NCBI GenBank assembly: GCA_012295275.1
Contig: CM022673.1
Location: forward strand, 20,150,001-20,214,000
Reading direction: 5' to 3'
DNA: 64,000 nucleotides
Origin: Chrysomallon squamiferum
Lineage: Eukaryota; Animalia; Mollusca
Shown here in pieces: positions 53,807-64,000 of the stretch. Below the pieces are notes generated by a model. The model did not search any database. It worked only from the letters and a program-made list of their open reading frames with translations, and was not told the DNA's origin. Positions within the stretch are counted from its first letter, which is position 1. The number at the start of each line of letters is the position of its first letter. Both the position numbers and the translations under genes were made by a program.

Positions 53807-54075
53807 CATAATACATACATTCATACATACATACATATACACATACATAGATGCATACATAAATTATACAGACAGAGACTGATAGATTATAGATAGACAG
53901 ATGCACGTCAGTTACGTATGAACAGTATTTGTGTTTACCTTTGTTTAAAATTAATTTTACTATATATTTTTAAGTTTTATTAAAATACGTTACTGTCACT
54001 TAGTACATTTATTACAAGTAAATCGATTTTAATAACCACCAGTTTTATGAATGAATGAATGAATGATGATGATGC

Positions 54076-54112
<37 letters not shown>

Positions 54113-57100
54113 TATAGTGAACTGCACAACAATATGTTTGAAAAACTTCAGGCGATATTTTCCCGGATAAACAGTCTTCTTCACATGCAAGTAATTTCTT
54201 CTGTTCATACATACCTGCATACAAACATACATACATACATACATACATACATACATACATAGATGCATACATACATACATACACACAAACATACACACAT
54301 ACATGCATACATACATATATACAAACATATATGCATACATACACACACACACATATATACATACACACACAAACATGCACAGACATACATACATACATAC
54401 ACACGTACATACATACATATATACACACACAAACATAGACAAATACACACACATACATACACACACAAACATATACAAACACGCACACATATATACATAT
54501 ATACATACAACTTTTTTTAATGTTGTCTCGGTGGCCTTCGGGCTGTGAGCGAATGGGTGCCATACGTTCGAGTCTCGTCAGCGGCATCTGTGAGGTCGTG
54601 ATTGAACTAGGTCCTCCTGTGCCAGTGCGTTCCAGAATATTGTCTATGTGCAGAATCTATTCAGACGTACATTCAAAATCCAGAGAATATTCAAAATCCT
54701 AAACTACATACTTGCCAGTGCCAGGTTTCCCAGAAAAAATAGATGCACGCAAAAATGACGAAGTGCGGGCAAATGGGTGCCATACATTCAAGTTTCGTCA
54801 GCGGCATCTGACGGGTTGTGAGGTCGTGATTGGACTTTGTCCTCCTGCGCCATATTGTCTATGTGCAGAGTCTATTCAAACGTATATAGGACAGAGAATA
54901 TTCAAAATCGTAAACTACATACGTAGCTACAAACATACATAAATAGCTAAAACATTTTAAAACTCTTTTCAAACAGTATGTCATTTTCGACTTTTTAAAA
55001 AAACATTTTTTTTTACCTGAAATATTACCCTTTTTACACATTTTTGAGATATAGGAATGTATTGGTTTGTTCTAGAAATGTATTTGTATACAGTTTTAAA
55101 ATGTTGTTTGTATGTAAATAAATGTTTCTAAAATATGAGAACAAAATAATAAATATATAGACAAACACAACCTAATACAATAAAATTAGCTTTAAAAATC
55201 AAAAGGATCAAAGCACACTGTAATATACCTTACAATGGTCAACATTAAGTAGACTCGAATCATTAGAAATAAAATTAGCAAGTGCATTTCTAAATTCGAA
55301 ATTACATACATACAAACATACCTACCTACATATGTATCTTCCTACCTACCTAACTAACTACATGCATGCATGCATACATACATTATCTGTCCATATACCG
55401 ATACATACACATATACATAATTACATCTTATATATGCAAACAAACAAATATACATACTTTTGAATGTGCATATTTACTTCCATGTATATTTATTTATTTA
55501 TTTATTCGGTTCCTTGTAATTTGGCATATGTTTTACCAGGTACTCGGTGGTCTATTATTTTTTTCAGAGATCTTCATAAGAATAAACTGGAAAGCCTCAA
55601 AGCCAAAAGCTTTACCTACCTTCCGAAAATCCTTACTCTCCGACTTCACAGTCAACGTCCTAAGATGACCAATATCCAGTACAATGCTTTTTACAAAATA
55701 AGTAGCAGTCTACAGAACTTGTGAGTTGACAAAAGAAGGTTTTTACTTACCTTATATATTTAGTGTCCTTATTTCTTAGTGTCAGTAATAATAATAATAA
55801 TAACAACAACAACAACAACAACAATAGTAATAATAATATAATGATAACTGCTTTTCTCTTGTTTGTTTTCGAGATAATTCTTTAATAAAAAAGACTTTGT
55901 TCTAAATTTTTCTTGTATTTGATTTCATAACAGTGAAAATGTAATCACTATTTATCAATCTTTACTATTATTATTATTACTCTTTCTTTTTTTTTCCCAG
56001 AGTAATCAGTGTTTGTAAATTTCGTTTTCAGATGGATCAGTGATAATGCTTTAACGAGTTTTCCCCATCCCGCTCTTTCCGAAGAGAAATGGATTGCTTT
56101 AAGAAATATGTATGTTTGAAACAGAAAATTATAACAATATAAAACACGCAATAAAAAGCTGTGTATTTATGTATATATACATGTGTATGTGTGTGTGTGT
56201 GTTCATATGTAACCGTTTGTATATTTGTACATGCATTTATACATTTATACGTATGTGTAAGAATGTGTATATATGTATCACAGAGGACTGTATCTCTGTA
56301 CATTTGTATATATGTGTGTATACATATTTATTTGTAAGTGTTGTTTTTTTCTTCCTGTATGAATGTACAAACTTAGGTTTGTATGCTTTATGTTTAACAT
56401 AGATTTTTATTCTCTATAATTTTGCCTATCTTTATCTCCTCTAAAGCATACTTAAAATATGCAGTTGTTGTGACGGTATCTTCGAGTTCAATTAAAAACA
56501 TTATCTTGTCTGTAATAGCAAGTATAAAATCATTATAAAGTACGTATATAGTTTTTCCGTTGTACTATTTAGATATGCGGAAGACAATCTGATAATGGAT
56601 CCAACCGAATATGGCGTAGAACATTTCCCAGTAGGATTTTACAATCTCGCCAGAAGAAAGGCACAGACTCACAAACCTTTCGATACACTGAAAACTGTAC
56701 AGACATTGTAAGTTCTAACCATTCTCAAAACTGTACTACCTCTACTACTACTATTGCTGCAGCTGCTGCTGCTTCTGTTACTGTTGCTGTTACCAAAGGC
56801 GGACTAGTTCTACAATATCTACCAGAGTGTTCTCGTATACTAGTTAGAATAGATATTTGAAACTTTTTCCTTTGGGAGGAGCCTTTTTGAATGGGTGCCA
56901 TATTTCTGATTTCTAGGGGTTGGGGATGCCAGATGGAAAAATAATCCTACTAGCGCCTGATTTTTCATTTTTTTCACAATAGAAAAGGCCTTGCTGTACA
57001 ATGTCGGGCTGATTAATGTGCGACTATACGCAGTATATGCACACGTGTAGTAAAACCAATGCACTAAAGAACTGAATTCCACTACACACACTTCCTCTCA

Positions 57101-59107
57101 CCTACGTATGAAATAAGTGAATCCCTAACTGCCTTAGTTAAAAAGAAATAATGTTTGAGTCGAAATTTTATTTTTAGGTTAAAATCAAATATCGTTTCTT
57201 GCCAAACTCTAGTGGAGTGTTGTTGGGCTAAAGGAAGCTTTCATATCAAAGTCATGCGTACTCATTACCACTCGACGGTGGAATTAATGATCTCGCTCCT
57301 ATAACAAGTAGACCCGACTTCCCCTGTTATAACAATAATAACAACAACAGCAGTTTCTTCAAATTATCAGTAGAGCGTATTTCTAAATTATACATTTCTC
57401 TGTTATGTAAATATAAATTCAGTACTCAACCAGACAGTGTATAGTTTAATGTAATTTTGTTAAACAATTACAGGATATCGTTTACAAATTTTCACTGTAT
57501 TTACTCAAAAATTTAAAGATAGATTTATTACAGAAATCTCGGTAAGAACAGAATCATGTCAGTGAATTCAACTTCCTTCTGCAATGCTAATGGCCTTCAT
57601 TATCTGTATCTGTACGGAAACAATCTCAGTGACAACAGCATTCCGAAGAACACATGGCAATGTACTACCCAGCTAAAGATGTTGTAAGTAACAGTGTGTT
57701 CCATTGTTATTATTTTTATACAATAAACAACTTAAATTTTTGGTTGTTTATTAGTTTACAATTTTGTTTATTGATTCTGCTGGAAAGGATTTGTAATGTG
57801 AGTTTTTAATTGTGATGGCTAATCTTTGATTTATATTTATTGGATTATTATTTTGAGGTGAAATGTCTTCAGATGTTTAAGGTACGTTCAGTTAAAAAAA
57901 CTGTATCTAAATATTTGTTCATCAGGGCTGATGGTTTATTGACGAATACTTAAATTATTCTGTATAAAAAGATATTAATTAATTAGTATAATATTTTTCT
58001 TAAATGATGATGTTTTATTTATTTATTTTATCTGGTTATAACTGCTTTCTTCATTACTATCAGTTTTTCGTTTCGTTTATATTTGTGCTTGTTCGTGTAT
58101 AAATTTGGAAAAAAGAGAAGAGTGTCCTGAGAGGATGAATTATATGTCACCAGCATGGTGTCCCATGCGATGTCACCGAGTGAAGAATGAGAATATCAAA
58201 CCACATGTTCCATAATGGTTTGGGGTGTATCTCACATGACAATAAGCTTGAGTTGTTCAGCATACAAAGCAATCTCGCCGGACTTAAGTACATTCGAGAT
58301 GTCCTGGAACCAGTTTCTAAACCTGATTTTGAGAGCCACCCACACACTCTAAGGCGTGCATACATGGACGGCAGGAAATACAACTCAACCTCCAAACCAA
58401 TGCTGTATCAACCGCAGATTGAAATGCGCTGCAATACATTTGGGACACAACTGAGCGACCTGCACTGTTACCTGCACATCATGTGCACGAACATGAAGCA
58501 GATTTGCATGATGCTGGGGTAGGGATGGCAACATCTGCTCTTTCAGCAAATGTTAGAGGCAATTTCGCCACTGAATCTTTGAACTATGAATGTATTCTAG
58601 AAAAATGAAGTAACCAACTTCTAATGTGATAAAAATACCCGAAAGTTATTCCAATTATTCCGTTTTCGTTGCCACTGGGATACCGATACAAATCATATGT
58701 GTGTGTATGTGTGTTTAACATGTATTACCTAAGTATATCGGTGTTTATGCTTTTGGGCATAATGTCTGTTTGTATGTATGTTTTTTATATGATATCTATA
58801 TGTGTAAGTATAGGTGTATAAATATAGATTAAATTGCACATGCATCTATATATATATCTATGCATGAATAATGTATGATTATGTATGTAAGATTGCATGT
58901 GTGTAGATGTATGTTTTTAATGTATGTATTATATATGTATGTCTTGTATATATTATGTACGTTCATGTATGTTCATGTGTGTATATGTATAATGTATGTT
59001 CTTGTAAGTTCATATGCGTTTGTTTGTTTGTATGTTCCTTTACTTTCGTGTATGGACTATTACGCGCGCATTTAAGTTCATGTGTATAAATATAATTATA
59101 TATAAAC

Positions 59108-59143
<36 letters not shown>

Positions 59144-62100
59144 GGGGGCATATGTATTATATATATAGCAATAAAATTTGATTTTACCCTTCTAGGATAC
59201 TGGCCAACAATTTTTTGACTTATGTACCCAAGGGAATTGGTTACCTGAAAAATCTGGAGATTATAAATCTTGCACACAACAATATTATATTCATAGAGAA
59301 AGGAACGTTCACGGATCAAGAGAGACTTCAGCTCTTGTAAGTATATATGTCATCAAAACTGTGTTTCAAATTTTATTACGCATAAAAAATTATGCCTTTA
59401 TCTGTATGTCTATGTTAGTTTAGTGTATGCACAAGCGTGTATGTAGGTACATGTTTGTAGATAAATTTATATTACATTTTATGTTACAAATAAATAATAA
59501 AAAGAGTGACTCAAGCTATTTGTTAGTTATATATTTGAAATGCTTGTTTGTCGAATAAATCATTTATTTTTAATAATAATAACTATATTTTATTGAATAT
59601 AGAAACAATGATTAGTAAGTTTTACTTATGCTACAAAAATTATTTCAGGGCTCTACATAACAATTTCATCATAGTTGTAGAAAACCAATCATTTCCAGAT
59701 TCTCTGCAGAATTTGTGAGTTAACAGAAAATAATTTAACATAACAGTATTCAATAATAATAAAAGGAAAATTAAGTAAAAATACTCGAAAAAGAATTAAA
59801 AGTTTTATTAAAGGCATTGTGATCAGCATTTACAAATAGCTCTACTTTATGCATACAAACATACACACAGACATACAGACGCACACCTCTTATACGTTTT
59901 AAAATATATATATATTTTTTAAAGTTATTTTTACTGTTTTCAATGTGAAGACAACTTGACAGAAATAAGTTTCGGTTCACTCACAAAAACCCGTTTACAA
60001 ATCTGACAAATCTGAAAGAACTAAGACTTGGCTACAATGAGATCGCTGACATACCTGATACCGCATTCAGAGGACTCACCTCTCTTGTTGTTTTGTAAGT
60101 AGAACATTTCATAATAAGTTCAATAGCAACAACACTTGGTTATTTTAATTTATTACATTACCTAATTTTTTGTATATTACACGTTTTTTCACATCTGAAA
60201 AACAAAATAAAAGGTGGACAACTTTATGCTGCTGGATGGATAGAGGCATTAACTGGATAGAAAAGAATTCATTAGATATCAATGAAAGAATGCCAAGAAG
60301 GTAGGAAGAATTTTGGATGGACGGTTAGGTTATCGGATATATGCATATATGAATGGCTGGATGGCATGATATATCATTAATATATTTAGTTGTGTATTTT
60401 GAATAGAGGGAAGAATCGATCCATAAATAGATACATAGAGGTACTTGTATTAACTTGTATTTATTTATTTCAGAGAACTACAGCACAACAAAATTGGTCA
60501 AATTCAGAGGCAACTGTTGTCAGACTGTCCTCTAAACAGTCGTCTTTGTCTGGACCACAATGAAATCAGATACATCGAGGATGGCGCTCTGGACCATATC
60601 ACAAAAATATCATTTCTGTGAGGGATTTTTTCATTATCATCTTAATAGGGACAAAAATATTTAAAATTGTCAAACTATATTATGTGTAAATGCGAATCAT
60701 TCTATGTTGTATCTTCTGTCCTGATTCTTTGTATGTAAGTATTAGTAAGGGTAAAAACTAGTATCTGTCTATATCTACATTTATATACATACATACATAT
60801 ATATATATAAATCTGTGAACCGTAAGTTACACACACTTGTAATTGTGCGATATTATATCAAATGTTTTAGCTTTCTTATTTATTTTTATTTATTTATTTT
60901 TTTTTTACAAAAAATACCCTTCTTCTAATGTATAGCCGCATTAATCATATATAAAACAATTTAGATGACATATTTAGTAAACAATAATCTTGCCTTTCAG
61001 ATATTTACAAAATAACAAACTGACCAAACTGCCTAATGGTGGAGATTTTGTAAATATAACTTGTGACGAGATGAAGTTTGAGAACAACAGAATTACTGAG
61101 GTTAGCAGTGGAACCTTCAAAGACGTGACAGTGCGTCAAATTATGTATGTAATAAATCTGTCTCTCTCTTTCTCTGCAAATATGATGCAACATCTGACTT
61201 ATTATGTTTATATATATATATGCGCGAAGATGTAATAATTGTATATCAGACAATGACATAAAATAAATAAAAATGTTCTAACTTTACACAGTGATCTGAC
61301 ATACAATCAAATATCTGTGATACGAAGGAACGCATTTGTTAATATTAACGGTGAAACAGAAAACGTGAAACTAAGCAACAACCCGATCTATCTTATAGAG
61401 ACAAACGCATTTAGACAACTGGATATTCAGTATCTGTAAGTGTGACCTGATTTCATATTCATTGAATCATTCATTCCATTGTTTTTCCTATAAATTATTA
61501 TTATTATTATTACTATTATTATTATCATTATTGATAAATGTAGTAATAGAGCAAGTAGTGTTATAGTAGTAGAAGTAAGTAGTAATAGTTTGAATAATAG
61601 CAATAGTACCTGGAATAATAAATTACTACAAGTAATATTACTAAATATGACGGTACTAAATATACGTATAACAGTATATAATAGTAAGTATTATAATAAC
61701 AATAGTTGTTAGTAGTCGTAGTAACTATTCCATCCGAGTAAAATAAAGTTTTTTAATTTCAGTTATTTGGAGCATGTGAAGATAAAATATCTGGAATACA
61801 GTACATTTAAGAATATCAAAGCCACTGATATAAGTTTCAGATACAACAATATCAGCTCACTCGCAGACAGCGTATTCACAGGAAATAATTATTTAATAGA
61901 TCTGTAGGTTTAAATTATTAATTAACAAATTAATTAGCTAGTTAATTAATTAATTAATTAATTATTATTATTATTAATAAATTAAAAAGTAAACTCAAGA
62001 GAAACAAAAGGATAAAATTATTTCTCCCTAAAATATCAATGACGTACCGTATAAATAAATGTCTGCATATTTTACTGTCCGAATGCCATCGCTAACCTCT

Positions 62101-62634
62101 AAAAGACAACCACATACACCTAGGCACACATTAATACAACCATAGACACAAACTTGTATACGAGTAAAGAGATAGACGGATATAGAATAGCCAAACAAGT
62201 GAGTAAACACGTACAACATTAATATAGGAGATAAAGAAATACGCCTGTTCAGTCTATTCTAAACTGGCATGTTAGTAACAAATAGTCGATATGTTTATAA
62301 TAATAAATGGTGGGGGAAAATTTTAAAAAAAGACTGCTCTATATATATATTTCTTTTTTTCTTTTCATTATAATTTTATATCTGTAATACACGATAGTAA
62401 CAGTTATTTTATATCACATTATGCCACAGGTTGTTATGTTTTGCAATGATATTTATTATATTTATTTTTTTTCTTTTTACTATTTTTCAGACATTTCAAC
62501 AATGTTCATCTTAAGACTGTATACGGAATGTTATTCAGAGATCCATCTTTGATTAGCTGGTCTATTAACCTTGCAGGAAACGACCTGAATCATCTTCCAG
62601 ATAACCTTTTTTCACAAGTTTTACTACATGAAAT
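47855..62634 (+). CDS. Large extracellular leucine-rich repeat protein (signal peptide, LRRNT, ~30 LRRs), partial; continues beyond the right edge
   Basis: 23 in-frame exons (2495 nt, ~831 aa): 47855-47984, 48810-48948, 49097-49162, 49863-49937, 50183-50245, 50643-50720, 51117-51185, 51522-51593, 52078-52155, 53687-53758, 54118-54186, 55568-55720, 56032-56109, 56573-56707, 57534-57683, 59196-59336, 59649-59714, 59951-60094, 60474-60617, 61001-61144, 61292-61435, 61763-61903, 62491-62634. Signal-like MNLLTESFFCIALIFVLEINC, cap CNGGCVCGSEVIGC, and repeats of LxLxxNxIxxIxxxxF (e.g. LKELRLGYNEIADIPDTAFRGL). No stop codon is reached in the window. Confidence 0.9.
49268..49352 (+). repeat. Near-perfect palindrome (41-bp arms, 3-nt loop) in intron 3 of the LRR gene
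   Basis: TAAGACTGATAAGACAATAACCGGTTATCTCTAATACATAT-TGT-ATATGTATTAGAGATAACTGGTTATTGTCTTATCAGTTTTA. Confidence 0.93.
50406..50510. repeat. (TCTA)n microsatellite
   Basis: Seen directly. Confidence 0.9.
52405..53060. repeat. 32-bp minisatellite, about 20 copies, intronic
   Basis: Unit CTACTGTT(A/G)CTGCTGCTATTTTACTACAGTGA; central copies are nearly identical and edge copies are diverged. Confidence 0.92.
54205..54510. repeat. Degenerate (CATA)n/(CA)n simple repeat
   Basis: Seen directly; source of the CVYV/HTYI ORFs. Confidence 0.9.
54525..54922 (+). mobile_element. tRNA-derived SINE-like sequence in two tandem copies (54525-54711 and ~54765-54922)
   Basis: Copy 1 has an A-box-like GGTGGCC and a B-box GTTCGAGTC (54566-54574). 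Both copies share ATGGGTGCCATAC..CGTCAGCGGCATCTG..TGTGAGGTCGTGATTG..ATATTGTCTATGTGCAGA..CAGAGAATATTCAAAATC..TAAACTACATAC. Confidence 0.55.
58130..58682 (+). mobile_element. Decayed Tc1-family transposase fragment in an LRR gene intron
   Basis: Allowing one frameshift it reads SIMVWG/CISHDNKLELFSIQSNLAGLKYIRDVLEPV..P.F.....R..YMD, the Tc1 DDE-domain segment from VMVWGC to the second Asp. The remainder is degenerate. Confidence 0.8.
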
Positions 62635-63173
62635 GTACGTGACTGTTTTACATAAACAGTAATTTTAAAACAGGTTTTCTTCTTTAATTACTTTAGAGGA
62701 AGACTAAGAAATATTTAATGAATTGTGGTTTTAAACATTAAGGTTAAATATTCTTGAAAGGCCTCACAAAGAATAAAGCCTTTATGTCGAAGTAGAAATT
62801 TTTCATATTACACACAAATTATTTTCAGAGCAGGCGTTATTGTTACCTTGCCCGCACGATTTGTTACCCGAAAAGAATGAAATGTCATGGTCATGCAGGT
62901 GCTTAAAATTTGTTTGTCTGTCTGTCTATCTATCCATCGTTGAAAACCAGATTTCCCTCAAATCAGGACATTTTAAATAATCTCTTAATGTATACATATG
63001 TATGTATGTGTGTGAGAGAGAGAGTAAGTGTGTATGGTATGGAAACTCTTTTTATGTGCCCACGTCCAATTCAAGGTTCAGGCACGCCTATCTCAGATCC
63101 AATCTCTGGGATAGCCAGGGATGGGTTCCTGGATAGGAGATAAAGTGAGTGTGTTTGTGCTCTTTTGTCTTTT

Positions 63174-63659
63174 ACTTAACTAAACACTTCGCGGACTTAT
63201 TTAAGTCAGCAGAGCGTAGCTGACAAAAAATCCCTTTGTCTCTCGCTAATTATCGTTAACTGTTAGGTGATTTCAGTAATTGGATTACTCTTAACTAACA
63301 ATATATTTTTAATTAATACATACTGTTAGGAATATTTGTAGAAATGAATGGGTAACATATTTACTTATTTTAATGATACATACAGGTTAATTACAAGATG
63401 TATCAAAGTAAGCTATTTGGGTAAATAGTAAATATGTTACCGACTTTTTCAAAACTGTACCTTAATAGTACAACAATATAAAATATTATAATAAGTAAAA
63501 AATAAATAGCTACCAGCGGATTCTGCGAGTAGGTATAACCTAAATTGCGATCCGTGGCTTAGTAAATAAGTTATTACCAGTTTTCTACGTTAAAGAAGCA
63601 CAGAAAACAGTACATCTAAATATCGCTAAGAACATTTTTCATAACTTGAACGAGGCCCT
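63174..63659 (+). repeat. Dispersed ~450-bp interspersed repeat, copy 2
   Basis: Colinear, diverged copy of 39241-39708. Confidence 0.85.
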
Positions 63660-63704
63660 CTAATCCGCTTCCAGAAATGGGAAAACTGGCGTGAGCAATT
63701 AAGG

Positions 63705-63975
63705 CCAATTTAGATGCATGGGGATAACGAGAGGGCGATTAACGAGATTAGTGAAGAGCAGAGGTGAGCCGGATTACAGATTGCAAGAAAATTGATGTTT
63801 GAAGACATGAAATTAATGTTATATCTCAGTAAAATTTGGAGACAGGAAATACTACCAATTTAGACGTGTGGGGTTAACGAGAACAGTTAAGAGATGTATG
63901 AAGAGGGTAGCCAGAGTAGAGGCTGCAAGGAAATTAATGTTATAACGTAAGATTTGGAGACAGGAAATACTACCT
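63705..63975. repeat. Degenerate tandem duplication (~120-150 bp period)
   Basis: CCAATTTAGA..TGGGG.TAACGAGA and GAAATTAATGTTATA..ATTTGGAGACAGGAAATACTACC each occur twice. Confidence 0.6.
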
Positions 63976-64000
63976 ATATAAATACTGTACAGTCATGATG

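Noticed and set aside
54029-54587. Long CVYV/HTYI-repeat ORFs (also ERER, SLSL and YLSI ORFs elsewhere)
   Set aside because: Translations of simple-sequence repeats.
56790-57330. Possible degenerate hAT MITE
   Set aside because: Putative TIRs are too diverged and no TSD is visible.

Overview
AT-rich, intron- and microsatellite-rich animal genomic DNA, probably a lophotrochozoan such as a mollusc (inferred from gene families and repeat landscape). I assembled gene models by hand from splice signals and frame continuity. In order: (1) a minus-strand MYND zinc-finger gene that runs off the left edge and has frame-disrupted 5' exons; (2) a tRNA-Lys(CTT); (3) a 9-exon plus-strand GH18 chitobiase (CTBS)-like gene of 474 aa; (4) a 6-coding-exon HSPBP1 (Hsp70 nucleotide-exchange factor); (5) two tandem small heat-shock protein genes with uninterrupted CDSs, one with two alpha-crystallin domains and one with a single domain plus TATA/HSE/CRE promoter motifs; (6) a large extracellular LRR gene with at least 23 coding exons and about 30 LRRs that runs off the right edge. 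Several MITEs, a Tc1 transposase relic, a SINE-like dimer, a 32-bp minisatellite and two long hairpins are also present. The strongest candidate for a new system is gene 3: it has lost the GH18 catalytic residues and gained a transmembrane helix with an acidic, sorting-receptor-like tail, which suggests a membrane lectin or trafficking receptor for chito-oligosaccharides. All homology calls are from motif recognition and recall, not database searches.
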